From: a bacterium
GTDB lineage: Bacteria; Patescibacteriota; Minisyncoccia; Phycocordibacterales; CAIZLB01
NCBI GenBank assembly: GCA_031411135.1
Contig: JANOAN010000006.1
Coordinates: 272 to 64,271 of the forward strand
Length of the DNA: 64,000 bases
Reading direction: 5' to 3'
The number at the start of each line of letters is the position of its first letter. Within the stretch, counting starts at the first letter, position 1. A program made the position numbers and the translations under genes. Of the stretch, positions 18,851 through 28,913 are shown in pieces. The notes under the pieces were generated by a model, which saw only the letters and a list, made by a program, of their open reading frames with translations, made no database searches and was not told where the DNA came from.

Positions 18851-20227
18851 TTAATTTTTAGAAGCAAATAAGGCCATGAGGCTTTTTCTTGCACTTGGTA
18901 TTGTAATAACTGAAAGCGGTCCTGCAATGTACGATATTAATGTTGCAAGTGCGGAACCATTAATTCCATACTTTGGAATTAATATTAAGTTTAAAACAAC
19001 GTTCATTATCATTCCGACAATTGAAATATATAAAATTGCATAAGTCATTTTTTCTGTAACCAAGTATTGATTTAAAAGTAATCCAATACTAATGCCTACA
19101 CCTGACCAAACATATAACTGTAGAGCAGTATACCCGGCTATGAAGGCTTGTCCAAAGACGATTGTCATAATTAATTTTGCAAAGACACTGACAAACAAGC
19201 CAACAGCTGTTGAAAAAATAATTAGAAATAGTGCTAATCTGATTAGCCTCTTTGCATACATGGTGGTGTCATTGTCACCTTTGGCATTAATAATTGCGGG
19301 TGTAAGAGATGCGATTACTATAGAAGGAATGAAATACCAAAGTTCTGAAAGACGAACTGCAGCATCATATAAACCAACAGCTTTTACATCTATAAAATGC
19401 TTAAGCATGACTTGATCAATTCTTGAATAAATTAAAATAAAAACATTAGCAATCATTAATGGTAGGGATTCTCTAAGGATTTCTTTTGCTAGACTCCTAT
19501 TAAATGACCATTTTAATGGTGACCCATAAAATCTTTTGAAAAAGTAGATGAAGACAACTGCGTATAATATTGGCTCTAGGGTGTATATTGCCGCAAAGTA
19601 GTATAAGCCCTTTCCGGTTAGAATAATTGCAATTTTTAAGATTGATAGAATGATTGCAACTGCTATGGTTCCAATCGAAGTGTATTTTGACTCAACTCTG
19701 GTAAGGAATGAATAATTGATCAAACTAAATCCTTGAAAGATAAAAGAAATTGCAATTATTATAATGATGTTTCTATTAATTACTTCCTCACCTGAAATGA
19801 ATGTGGCAGCAATTACAATTACAGTAGCGATAACACTTGCTAGTATTCGCATTCCAATCGAAGTTCCGAGAAGTTCGGATTCGCGATTTGGATACTTTAC
19901 TAAGTCTCTCTGTAACACACTGTCGATTCCAATGTTGGCCAAGAACGAAAAGATTCCGACAAAACTGATGGCGTAGCTCAGAGTTCCGTAATTGGTTGGT
20001 CCTAGATATCGCGCAACCATTGCCACCACAAAAAATGAGAGGACTAGGCTAATTACTTTTGCTGAAAATAGCCAACCCGTATTTTTGAAGTATCTTTGAA
20101 ACCCAGGGGTTTTCATCCAACCTGTTAGTCTTTTGATAAAGGTTAGGGGAGGGGCTTTCTCAGTAGTTTCCATGATCATACATATTATATTAATAGGGGG
20201 ATTTAAGCCATTTGCAAGCAAGGTCAA
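18851..20227 (-). CDS. oligosaccharide/polysaccharide flippase (Wzx/MOP superfamily)
   Basis: 458 aa, about 12 hydrophobic helices, polysaccharide-biosynthesis-protein-like architecture; in the glycan cluster. Confidence 0.6.
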   Translation of the reverse strand: MTLLANGLNPPINIICMIMETTEKAPPLTFIKRLTGWMKTPGFQRYFKNTGWLFSAKVISLVLSFFVVAMVARYLGPTNYGTLSYAISFVGIFSFLANIGIDSVLQRDLVKYPNRESELLGTSIGMRILASVIATVIVIAATFISGEEVINRNIIIIIAISFIFQGFSLINYSFLTRVESKYTSIGTIAVAIILSILKIAIILTGKGLYYFAAIYTLEPILYAVVFIYFFKRFYGSPLKWSFNRSLAKEILRESLPLMIANVFILIYSRIDQVMLKHFIDVKAVGLYDAAVRLSELWYFIPSIVIASLTPAIINAKGDNDTTMYAKRLIRLALFLIIFSTAVGLFVSVFAKLIMTIVFGQAFIAGYTALQLYVWSGVGISIGLLLNQYLVTEKMTYAILYISIVGMIMNVVLNLILIPKYGINGSALATLISYIAGPLSVITIPSARKSLMALFASKN

Positions 20228-20331
20228 ATGAAGTTGACTTTTTAGAAAAATATTACATACTATAATGTAATCTCACCTAAAACAAAGTTGAGACCAAAAA
20301 GTACAAAACTCAAAACTGAATATCTGATATC

Positions 20332-20988
20332 ATGAAAGAATCCGATCTGCTTAATTCTAAATTGCTTGCTCGTTACATGGAAATTTCAACAAATGGTGCA
20401 TCAGCACTGCGAACCGGAGAAGCCAAAGCTTTTACCGGCTTCGACACTATCCCAGGAGATCAATACGTGGTTGCACAAATTCTCAAACCCAGCATTCGCT
20501 TCGAAGGTTTAATACGAGAAATGCAGAAAATCGAAAAGCAATCTGAAGCAAGCTTCTTGATTGCTGATCGCGACTATCCACTGCACACCACGATTCTTCA
20601 AGGAGAAGGTGCTTGTACTGACTTTGCTGATTTTATCAATTTCTCGGACTCACTGTGGGAAAGGTGGATGGAGCTCGGGGAGGACGAGATCTTTTTGGGC
20701 CATCAAATCATTCCGGCCAAAGACACCGTAATCATCGGGTCGGCAATTGAGCCTTTGTGGACCAGGATCAGCAGGTTCGCGATGTCGCAACGGTTTATCA
20801 ATAACAAGATGAGTCCGAAAGTGCCGGACATTGTTCACTGCTCACTGTGCCGATTGAAAAAGTTGCCCCAGAATGTAGAAACCTACCTTTCCCTTGTGGG
20901 CACGGTCAATGAAGCAATCGCGATTGACCCGCTTGTCCTCGAGGTAGATTCCATCGCGGTAATTCGAAGTAAAGATTTGTTGCTGTGA
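20332..20988 (+). CDS. 2H phosphoesterase superfamily protein (LigT/ThpR-like), on a GC-rich island
   Basis: Two H-x-[TS]-x motifs (PLHTTIL, then IVHCSLCRL) about 83 aa apart. GC-rich relative to neighbours. Confidence 0.4.
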   Translation: MKESDLLNSKLLARYMEISTNGASALRTGEAKAFTGFDTIPGDQYVVAQILKPSIRFEGLIREMQKIEKQSEASFLIADRDYPLHTTILQGEGACTDFADFINFSDSLWERWMELGEDEIFLGHQIIPAKDTVIIGSAIEPLWTRISRFAMSQRFINNKMSPKVPDIVHCSLCRLKKLPQNVETYLSLVGTVNEAIAIDPLVLEVDSIAVIRSKDLLL

Positions 20989-21019
20989 TTGGGAAGTAGC
21001 AAACCCCAGATTGTCTGAA

Positions 21020-21055
21020 GCCGCCGGTTGTAAACCAACCGGCGGCATTTTTTTA
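21020..21055. terminator. bidirectional rho-independent terminator
   Basis: GCCGCCGGTTG taaac CAACCGGCGGC, 11-bp perfect stem, followed by ATTTTTTTA. Lies between the convergent 2H gene and the GT2 gene. Confidence 0.7.
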
Positions 21056-21745
21056 TCCCAACCTCCAAATATACTTCACCGTTCTCCAAATCGTCTTCAT
21101 TCTATTTTTAAAACTCCCGCCCCAACTTGAACTGCCGTGTAATCTATTTTTAAACTCTACAGGAATAGTTACAATTTTATACTTAAGTTTTTTTGCTAAA
21201 TATATCAAGTACAAATCTAGTGAAAAATCTTTCGGTGCATTATCTAAGTTTTCTATAAAGCTTCGGTGGAATAATTTCGGCTGAGCGTTTATTTCGTACA
21301 TAATCTTTCGTAAAATTACGCTTGCGATAACAGCCATGCCATAACTTAGGATTATTTGTGGCAGTGGGCGCCTAATACGAAGACCTTTTACAATAACTTT
21401 TTCATCATCAAGATTTTTGAACACGTCGTAAGCTTTAAAAACATCCGCTGGATCAGTCTGCATATCACTGTGTGTCCATGAAATAACCTCACCTTGAGCT
21501 TTACGCACACCTGTCATGATTGCACTTCCATAACCTTCATTTGGAGTATACGAGATGAATTTTGCAAAAGGGTATTTATTTTCATTAGAAATTTTATCAA
21601 ACAACGATGAAGTTTCATCCTTTGATCCATCGTTTACACAAAGTAGCTCGAATTCGTAAATAGAAGAAAACTTTGAAAACGCTTCAAGTACTAATTTCAC
21701 ATTTTTTTCTTCATTATAAAATGGGACAACAATTGATAATTTCAT
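21053..21745 (-). CDS. glycosyltransferase family 2 (dolichyl/polyprenyl-phosphate sugar synthase-like)
   Basis: MKLSIVVPFYNEEKNV...CVNDGSKDET is the DPM/GtrB-like N-terminus. Confidence 0.7.
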   Translation of the reverse strand: MKLSIVVPFYNEEKNVKLVLEAFSKFSSIYEFELLCVNDGSKDETSSLFDKISNENKYPFAKFISYTPNEGYGSAIMTGVRKAQGEVISWTHSDMQTDPADVFKAYDVFKNLDDEKVIVKGLRIRRPLPQIILSYGMAVIASVILRKIMYEINAQPKLFHRSFIENLDNAPKDFSLDLYLIYLAKKLKYKIVTIPVEFKNRLHGSSSWGGSFKNRMKTIWRTVKYIWRLG

Positions 21746-23485
21746 TTATTTTTTATTAATACTAATAATTTTAAATTTTGTTTGGAAAAAGTTATTTGGA
21801 CGACTGTATCGAGAATGTTTGAAATCAGGATTATAAGCAGGGAAATATATATCAGTAATATCACTTTTCTCCCATATCTTCTCTACTACTAAGTGGTATT
21901 TTGAAAGCCACTCTCCGTATGCAACATCGAAAGGTTCAGATTGACTTACATAAAGGTAAGTTTCACCGGTTTTGAATGTGTTTGGGTTTATGAAAGTTAC
22001 AGGTATACCACTCTTTAAGTTTGGATAATAAATGTTGTAAGAAGAATCGTATATACCAATCATTGAAACTTCTTTGTCTATTTGAATTTCTTTAGTACGG
22101 TCGTAAGTGTCAATTTGACGAATCTTAACAGTAGTAAATCCTAGAATGAATAAACTTATTATAAATAAGACCTTAAGAAATTTAGAAACAAGGAAGTTTG
22201 ATTTCTTAATTAAAAAATCCAAACCTAATCCACCAGACAGAAAAACACCTGGAAATAAGAATAAGATATGCCTCGTTGGTGTAAAACTTAATGTTTGCTT
22301 AAGTACCAAAAGGAAGTATATAAATATAAGTATCCCAAATATTTTTCTCAGTAATGTCTTTTCTCTTGAATCTTGTTTTCGGAATACGAAGTAACCTCCA
22401 GCTGAAATAAAAAATATTCCTAATATAAATTGAATAACATCGATTGTTATACTGTGCGTATACCAACTGAAAAAATTTAAAACAATATAATAAATATTTT
22501 TTGGAATTTCTACTAAATATGTCGACCCTCTAAATCCTTGCCCTGGTTGGAAAAATAATATTCCGCATAAACCTATTGATATGATTGCAAACCATTGTTT
22601 CTTTACAATATCCCAAGCATTTTTTAATAATTTCTTAGCACTAAAAGGAACAGTTCTCTCTTTTAGTGTGATAAAAAGAAATGCCAACCAAAAAAGTAGA
22701 ATTAAATAATTAAAAAAGACCAATAATCCACTAAGCCAGGATATTTTCTTAAGAAGTTTTGGGCTATTAATATTTTTTAACAAATACCACAACCAAAAAA
22801 GTTCAGTGGTAAAATTCCAAACAGTGCTACCAATGTGGATTCCTGATGAGTAAATACTTATTGAAAAAAGTCCCAGGGTGGAAACGAATACACTCACAAA
22901 TGAACTTGTCTCTAATTTGCGTAAAATTAAAAAAAGTAACAATACAGCAAGATGAAACAGCGTAATTGAAATTACCATATTTCCAGACATGAAATCCTCA
23001 TAAGTTCCATTCTCACCACCAACTAATCCGTATAAAAAGCCAACCCCCGATGAATATGTAGAGCCCAGTCCCATTGCAAAAAAACTTTGGAATGGAAAGG
23101 GGAGGTTCAACATACTTACACCTTGAATCAATCCATATCTGAAAGTCGCAAGCGCAGAGCTTTGTGTCAGTTGGTTTAAGATGAATTCATCAGTAAATTT
23201 GCCTAAATATTTGTTCCTGACCGATTGAACGGTTGGATTTTTTAAAATGTTTTGTGCTTGCTCTACTGATAAAAAATTACCCTTTGGATAAATGACAGCA
23301 ATTGATCTCAGTGTGTCCGTTGGAAAATCATGTAAAAAACTATATGTACCTGATGAATCACCTTCTTGAAAATGATTGTTTCTAAAAGATATATGTAACC
23401 CCCAGCTACAAATTAAAGTAATAAAAAATAAAACTACCAGTGTTTCTTTTTTAAAATAATTAATGAATTTAGAAAATAAATTCAT
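21746..23485 (-). CDS. large polytopic membrane protein, possible GT-C-type glycosyltransferase partner of the upstream GT2
   Basis: 579 aa with more than 10 hydrophobic helices. Immediately downstream of a GtrB-like GT2, a classic pairing. No motif confirmed. Confidence 0.3.
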   Translation of the reverse strand: MNLFSKFINYFKKETLVVLFFITLICSWGLHISFRNNHFQEGDSSGTYSFLHDFPTDTLRSIAVIYPKGNFLSVEQAQNILKNPTVQSVRNKYLGKFTDEFILNQLTQSSALATFRYGLIQGVSMLNLPFPFQSFFAMGLGSTYSSGVGFLYGLVGGENGTYEDFMSGNMVISITLFHLAVLLLFLILRKLETSSFVSVFVSTLGLFSISIYSSGIHIGSTVWNFTTELFWLWYLLKNINSPKLLKKISWLSGLLVFFNYLILLFWLAFLFITLKERTVPFSAKKLLKNAWDIVKKQWFAIISIGLCGILFFQPGQGFRGSTYLVEIPKNIYYIVLNFFSWYTHSITIDVIQFILGIFFISAGGYFVFRKQDSREKTLLRKIFGILIFIYFLLVLKQTLSFTPTRHILFLFPGVFLSGGLGLDFLIKKSNFLVSKFLKVLFIISLFILGFTTVKIRQIDTYDRTKEIQIDKEVSMIGIYDSSYNIYYPNLKSGIPVTFINPNTFKTGETYLYVSQSEPFDVAYGEWLSKYHLVVEKIWEKSDITDIYFPAYNPDFKHSRYSRPNNFFQTKFKIISINKK

Positions 23486-23490
23486 GGATT

Positions 23491-24267
23491 TTAATGTGAT
23501 TTTCCAAATTTCTTTTCAAAGTAACTTTGCCAATATTGATAAGTTTTAAGTTCAATTGGTGTACCCCACGAAAGAAAAGTATCTATTTCAAAGACTTTTA
23601 CTTTTACGTTATTTTTAATTAAAACATTTGTACATTCATCAAGTGATAACTCAACGCCAGTCTTCAAATTTTTTTCTATCATTTCTTTCACATTTTCAAA
23701 ACAAGTTTTGGCTTTTTTATAAGTAGACCATGCAACAACCGCGTGATCTTCCATTGGATTATCTGAAAGAGGTACTTTGTACTGGACTTTTTGTACAAAA
23801 TTATTCTCATCGGTAACGATCCATCCATATGAAGTTGGTTGGGTTTGCATCGGAGGGTAGTGTCTAAATGACCATATTAGTGCATCAGAATCACTTGATG
23901 AAATTTCTCTCTCCAATTTTTCCACATTATAAACAAGACCAGCATCACAGCTTGCAATTGTTAAGATTGAATCTGGGTCAATGAATTTTTCAGCTTGAAG
24001 CGCACTGTGAGCTTGACCTTGTAATTCAGAATTTTGAATTACAATTTCGGCTTCTGGAAAATGAGTTTTCAGCATCTTATCAATTTCGTGATTTGATACA
24101 TAATCACCAGAAACCACAAAGATTAGTTTGTCAGCCTTAGGTAGGCTCCCTGCGGCTCTTACAACCATGGGCAATCCATCGACTTCAATTAAAGGTTTTG
24201 GAAGGGTATATCCAGCATCTGCAAATCGTTTTCCACGTCCGGCAAGTAGTAATAAGTTTGTTCGCAT
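23491..24267 (-). CDS. sugar-phosphate nucleotidyltransferase (NTP_transferase fold)
   Basis: LLLAGRGKRFADAGYTLPKPLIEVDGLPMV matches the G.G.R (L.AGG.G.R) signature. Confidence 0.6.
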   Translation of the reverse strand: MRTNLLLLAGRGKRFADAGYTLPKPLIEVDGLPMVVRAAGSLPKADKLIFVVSGDYVSNHEIDKMLKTHFPEAEIVIQNSELQGQAHSALQAEKFIDPDSILTIASCDAGLVYNVEKLEREISSSDSDALIWSFRHYPPMQTQPTSYGWIVTDENNFVQKVQYKVPLSDNPMEDHAVVAWSTYKKAKTCFENVKEMIEKNLKTGVELSLDECTNVLIKNNVKVKVFEIDTFLSWGTPIELKTYQYWQSYFEKKFGKSH

Positions 24268-24270
24268 AAA

Positions 24271-25032
24271 TTAATTTTTCTTATTGAAATGGTTTGACCA
24301 ATACAGGTATTCTCTCACATCTGCGGGCTTACCCCAAGATACGAAATGTTCTATTGGATACAAGAGATTTTTCAAGCCATCTTCGATCAATAGGTTATGA
24401 CTAAGACTAACATAGTACTCATTATTACATAACATTTCTCGTTCTATCATTTTTTCAAAATACTTTTTTAGCAATCCCCCCGAGCGAAAATAATGCATAC
24501 CAGCAGAGGTCCAAGAATCCATTTTATTTGGAGTAAATGAATATTTTTCTCTAACTTCTAATAGATTATTACATTCATCAGTTTTTGTTGTTGCGTAAAA
24601 ACCATCCTGAAGCAAGGGAGGGTGAAATCCTTTGAAAGCTATGAGTATCGAGTCTGCATTGTTTTCTTTAACAAACTTTCTAAAATGATCTAGATCCAAG
24701 TCTGTGTTAACGTCGCAGTAGCATGTGAAAGTTTCTAAAGAATCATCGATGTATTCCTTGGCTTGGAGTGTAGTATAGACTGGTCCTAGGTAGTGCTCCC
24801 TAATAGAAACTATTTTTGCATCAGGACGTATCCTCTCTAGTTCTGATTTTAAACAAGTGTCTCTAAGGTGGTTCTCATTACAAATAAAAATGAATTTATC
24901 CTCTGGTGAAAACATTTCCACAATGTGCTCTATAACTGGTTTGCCGTCTATTGGAATTAGTGGTTTTGGATCTTTGTAACCTGCGAATTTAAATCTTTCC
25001 CCAAGACCTGCCATTGGAATTACTATCTGCAT
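24271..25032 (-). CDS. sugar-phosphate nucleotidyltransferase (second paralog)
   Basis: IVIPMAGLGERFKFAGYKDPKPLIPIDGKPVI. Confidence 0.6.
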   Translation of the reverse strand: MQIVIPMAGLGERFKFAGYKDPKPLIPIDGKPVIEHIVEMFSPEDKFIFICNENHLRDTCLKSELERIRPDAKIVSIREHYLGPVYTTLQAKEYIDDSLETFTCYCDVNTDLDLDHFRKFVKENNADSILIAFKGFHPPLLQDGFYATTKTDECNNLLEVREKYSFTPNKMDSWTSAGMHYFRSGGLLKKYFEKMIEREMLCNNEYYVSLSHNLLIEDGLKNLLYPIEHFVSWGKPADVREYLYWSNHFNKKN

Positions 25033-25036
25033 AAAA

Positions 25037-25681
25037 TTAGGAGTTATTTTTATTATAATATTCGTTCAGACTTTGCCACATTGGAACATATTTCAAAGAC
25101 GTCATTACTGCATCAAGATTAAATTTTAATTTTTTAATTTTTTGAATATATTTTGGTATTTCAAGTGGTCTCCCCCATCTCTCGGGACATACTAGACATG
25201 TTTTATAACCTTTCATTTGCTTTACTATCTTTGGGGAAAGAGGAAGTTTTGTTGGAATGTCGATCCACAACCAGTCAGCTTTGTTTTTATATTTTAAAGC
25301 CATTTCAATCGGCTCATTTTCAGAATATCTTATTGCGATATTCTTAAAACCAGCTTCTGTCGCGTGATGGATCCAGTAAGGTTCAACATCAAGAAGAAAG
25401 TATTTTTTTACGTTATATTTTTTTGCCAACTCTATAACCCTTTTTTCAATACCAGCCTCTTTTATGTTGAATATAATGAATGAATGTTGATAGTGCTTAA
25501 GATAATCTTCCAAATCGTCACCAGATTCGTATGGTTCATGGTTTAAAATTAATTTGTCTTTATATGCACGTATATCAATTTCAACACCAAACTCTTTCGG
25601 AATAGTTTTCAGAACTTCTGTTTTGTTGACTCGGTGGACAATAATAAGCATTTCAGTTTTTTTAAATAGTACCTCAAGCAA
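25037..25681 (-). CDS. glycerophosphodiester-phosphodiesterase-like (GDPD-fold) protein, tentative
   Basis: IVHRVN ... GVEIDIR ... LNHE fits the H-R / E-x-D-x-R / H-D pattern of the GP-PDE fold. Weak call. Confidence 0.3.
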   Translation of the reverse strand: MLEVLFKKTEMLIIVHRVNKTEVLKTIPKEFGVEIDIRAYKDKLILNHEPYESGDDLEDYLKHYQHSFIIFNIKEAGIEKRVIELAKKYNVKKYFLLDVEPYWIHHATEAGFKNIAIRYSENEPIEMALKYKNKADWLWIDIPTKLPLSPKIVKQMKGYKTCLVCPERWGRPLEIPKYIQKIKKLKFNLDAVMTSLKYVPMWQSLNEYYNKNNS

Positions 25682-25738
25682 TCAATACAGTCTAGGGACT
25701 ATGTGTTATTATTAATTGTATAAAATTTTAGAATAATC

Positions 25739-26134
25739 ATGATAGTACTCAATAAAAAAACAGCAAATGAATTTAAGAATTTTGCTATTGTTGGAATTAT
25801 AAGTACGGCTGTTAACTATCTGATCTTCTATTCACTGGTGCACTTTCTCGGTCTCCACTATTTAATTTCCAGTTCTTTTGGATTTATAACTGGTATTTTT
25901 GTAAGTTACGGACTTAATAGGGTATATACGTTTTCATCGTCTTCGGTAAATATGAAAAAAGAATTTACATCTTATGTCCTAGTTTGCATCTTTTCACTTT
26001 TACTAAGTTTGGCCTCATTGTGGGTCTTTGTAGAGTTGTTTGATATAAATCCGCTTATTGGTAATGTGCTGGCTATAGGAGTTTCCACAGTTTCTAATTT
26101 TTTAGGACTTAAAACCTTTGTCTACTCTAATTAA
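25739..26134 (+). CDS. GtrA-family membrane protein
   Basis: 131 aa, 4 TM helices, FAIVGIISTAVNYLIFYSLV...GFITGIFVSYGLNRVYTF. Confidence 0.6.
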   Translation: MIVLNKKTANEFKNFAIVGIISTAVNYLIFYSLVHFLGLHYLISSSFGFITGIFVSYGLNRVYTFSSSSVNMKKEFTSYVLVCIFSLLLSLASLWVFVELFDINPLIGNVLAIGVSTVSNFLGLKTFVYSN

Positions 26135-26208
26135 TAGCTCCAGCCAAATTAATATAGTATACTTTTCCCATTACCCTTATAAATTAAATAACCTTCGGAT
26201 TTACTAAA

Positions 26209-28509
26209 ATGAACAAAACATCAAGATTTTTACAATATTCAATTATCACACTGATTTTTCTGCTACTATTGACCCCATTAATTGTCACTGGGAGTATGTT
26301 CTTCCCGTATATCACTGGTAAAGCATTTTATTTCAGAACAATTATCGAAATTATTACTGCACTATATGTAATCTTGGTTTGTTTTGACCGATCATTTTTA
26401 CCTAAAAAATCTCCTATTACATGGGCGCTCTCTGCATTTCTACTTATAATGGCAATCGCTACTATTTTCAGCGTCGCGCCAGGCAAAAGTTTTTGGAGTA
26501 ACTTCGAAAGAATGGAAGGGTATATCACTTTGATTCATCTCGGACTTTTGTTCCTGGTAACTTCAACTGTCATGAGATCAAGAAGGACTTGGGTCTATTT
26601 GTTTCATGCTTCAATGGCCGCTTCAATTGTTGTAGGACTTATAGCTTTGAAAGATTTTTCTCTCGAAAATGCAGCTATGATCAGTGGAGGCCGTATTCAA
26701 GGAACTCTTGGAAATTCAAGTTACCTCGGAGTGTATGCACTCCTTCATGTTTTTCTTGCTGCATTTTTCCTTCTTTCACACTATGCTCGCAAAAACGCCA
26801 AAGATATTTTGCCTAGAATCTTTGGCTATGCACTCATAATTATTTTTAACATTGTTATCCTTTTCAACACTGGAACACGAGGTTCAATGGTGGGGCTTGG
26901 TTTAGGAGTGTTGCTGACTGCTTTAATTTTGGCCGTTCGTGAAAAACAAAGTAAAAAGGTGAAAAATTTGGGAGTTACTATTTTGGCGATTGCTCTTGCT
27001 GGGGTTGCTTTTCTAGGAATTGTTCGTGGTACTGAATTTGCAAAGAGTCATCCAACCCTTGATCGTTACAGCGCCTTGGTCACCTGGAACCTATCAGGAG
27101 TTCTTGAAAACCAAGGTTACGCACGAGCTGGTCTTTTGTGGCCAATGGCATGGCACGGAGTTCAGGAAAAACCACTCCTTGGGTGGGGACAGGACAACTT
27201 CGGTTATGTATTTGCAAAATATTACAATCCAGCAGCCTATGCTCAAGAGCAGTGGTTTGATCGCACACACAACGTATTCTTTGACTGGTTGATTGCGGGA
27301 GGATTCTTGGGGCTACTAGGATACTTATCACTATTCGTAGCGTTGATTATGGTTTTGTGGTCAAAACATAAAGATGCTGGAAAAGGTCACAAGTGGCCAT
27401 TAATTGAGCGAGCGACTATCAGTGGATTATTACTAGCGTACTTTATTCACAACTTCTTCGTGTTCGATAACTTAACAAGTTACATCATCTTCTTTTTGTT
27501 GCTTGCGTATTTTCACGAGAGAAATGTGTCTGCTAATGAATCTGTTAATCAACATAACCCTGAGTATATTCATGTTCCATTGTTATCTAAAGAAGGTTCA
27601 CAGTGGTTTGTTGCTACGGTTGCTGTTGTGGCTTTAGTTGCGTCGATTTATTATGTAAACTACAAACCTTATAAAAATTCAGGAGATTTGATTAAGGGGC
27701 TCCAAGCTTTAGGAAATCATTATGATTCAAAAGGGGTAGTGGTTGGTCCTAATCCGTCAGAAACATTAGATTATTTTAAATCTATTTTTGATTCAAATAC
27801 TACACTTGGATTGGCTGAAACTAGAGAGAGGTTAGTTGAAGTTGCTTCAGCTGTAATCAATGCAACATCGACATCTAGAGAGTTGGCAACTGAGTATGAT
27901 GCATTAACTCGAGATCAATATGCACAGCAATTTGAAAGATTCCCAGGAGATGCACGTTATCATTATTTCTTCGCACTTTACCTTTCAAAAATTGGAGATG
28001 TAAAGAGTGCTCTAGATGAAGTACAAAAAGCAGAAGCTCTTTCACCTACAAAACAACAATTCGCATTGCAAGAGGGGATGATTTTGCTTAGTACTAAACA
28101 ATATTCACAATCTGTAGATGTGTTTAAGAAAGCGTATGAATTAGAACCAAAAAATGACGCAGCTAGATTATTCTATGCAGTTAGTTTGATTTACTCGGGT
28201 CATGTGGATGATGCAACTGCGATAACTGAAAACAGTAATGTTGAATTAGACGCAACACTTATTCAAGCTTACCTAGACGTAGGAAGATTTGATGTTGTAG
28301 AGGCACTTGCAAAGAAAAAGATTTCAGCAGATCCAAATAATGTTCAGCTACACGTTTCGCTAGCGGCGCTCTACTTAAAAGCAAAACGCAACAATGATTC
28401 AATTCGCGAACTTAGAATTGCATCAGATCTTGAACCACGTTTCAAACCTCAAGCGGATGAATATATAAAAATGATTCAAAGCGGTAAAGATCCAAGTCAG
28501 GTACAGTAG
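26209..28509 (+). CDS. O-antigen ligase/polymerase-like membrane protein with C-terminal TPR repeats
   Basis: The N-terminal roughly 430 aa are polytopic with a Wzy_C-like segment (GNSSYLGVYALL...TGTRGSMVG). The C-terminal roughly 300 aa are TPR-like helical repeats. Confidence 0.5.
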   Translation: MNKTSRFLQYSIITLIFLLLLTPLIVTGSMFFPYITGKAFYFRTIIEIITALYVILVCFDRSFLPKKSPITWALSAFLLIMAIATIFSVAPGKSFWSNFERMEGYITLIHLGLLFLVTSTVMRSRRTWVYLFHASMAASIVVGLIALKDFSLENAAMISGGRIQGTLGNSSYLGVYALLHVFLAAFFLLSHYARKNAKDILPRIFGYALIIIFNIVILFNTGTRGSMVGLGLGVLLTALILAVREKQSKKVKNLGVTILAIALAGVAFLGIVRGTEFAKSHPTLDRYSALVTWNLSGVLENQGYARAGLLWPMAWHGVQEKPLLGWGQDNFGYVFAKYYNPAAYAQEQWFDRTHNVFFDWLIAGGFLGLLGYLSLFVALIMVLWSKHKDAGKGHKWPLIERATISGLLLAYFIHNFFVFDNLTSYIIFFLLLAYFHERNVSANESVNQHNPEYIHVPLLSKEGSQWFVATVAVVALVASIYYVNYKPYKNSGDLIKGLQALGNHYDSKGVVVGPNPSETLDYFKSIFDSNTTLGLAETRERLVEVASAVINATSTSRELATEYDALTRDQYAQQFERFPGDARYHYFFALYLSKIGDVKSALDEVQKAEALSPTKQQFALQEGMILLSTKQYSQSVDVFKKAYELEPKNDAARLFYAVSLIYSGHVDDATAITENSNVELDATLIQAYLDVGRFDVVEALAKKKISADPNNVQLHVSLAALYLKAKRNNDSIRELRIASDLEPRFKPQADEYIKMIQSGKDPSQVQ

Positions 28510-28520
28510 GAAAAAATAAA

Positions 28521-28554
28521 AAAACACTTTTGCAAAAACAAAAGCGTTTTTTTT
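28521..28554 (+). terminator. AU-rich hairpin + U-tract after the O-antigen-ligase-like gene
   Basis: AAAACACTTTTG caaaaa CAAAAGCGTTTT (12-bp stem with one mismatch), then TTTTTTTT. Confidence 0.4.
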
Positions 28555-28587
28555 ATTTTCTATAAATTTATTTTTGAAAAAAATTTG

Positions 28588-28630
28588 CGCCGCGCTTCAA
28601 TCGACAGTGCGCGACGTGATTTTGCAAAAT
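28588..28630 (+). promoter_or_regulatory. GC-rich hairpin + ATTTYGCAAAAT motif, copy A (paralog of 53796..53839)
   Basis: CGCCGCGC-ttcaatcGACAGT-GCGCGACG-tg-ATTTTGCAAAAT. The stem has one mismatch. Lies 157 nt upstream of the 31-aa K-rich ORF. Confidence 0.4.
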
Positions 28631-28786
28631 CAACTTATCCACATAATTTTTACAAAAATCATTGCGTGTGACTTCGATATGAACGATAATTAAGGTACGA
28701 GTTTTCGTCTGGCACAAATTATTTGTAATTAAAGTCGACAGAACGAAAACGCGAATTAAGAGATCTTTTAATTTACAAAAAATATC

Positions 28787-28882
28787 ATGGCAGCAAAAAA
28801 GAAGGCTAAGAAGGTTGCAAAGCGAAAGCCAGCAACTAAGAAGAAAAAAGCTACAAAGAAGAAAGTTTCTAAGAGAAAATAA
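28787..28882 (+). CDS. 31-aa lysine/alanine-rich micro-protein (MAAKKKAKKVAKRKPATKKKKATKKKVSKRK), hypothetical
   Basis: ATG..TAA read manually (below the 60-aa track cutoff). Followed by its own terminator (28914..28943). No SD. Composition resembles histone-H1/HU-tail-like basic peptides. Confidence 0.3.
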   Translation: MAAKKKAKKVAKRKPATKKKKATKKKVSKRK

Positions 28883-28913
28883 TTTTCAATAATTTTTTCT
28901 TCTCACTTAACAA

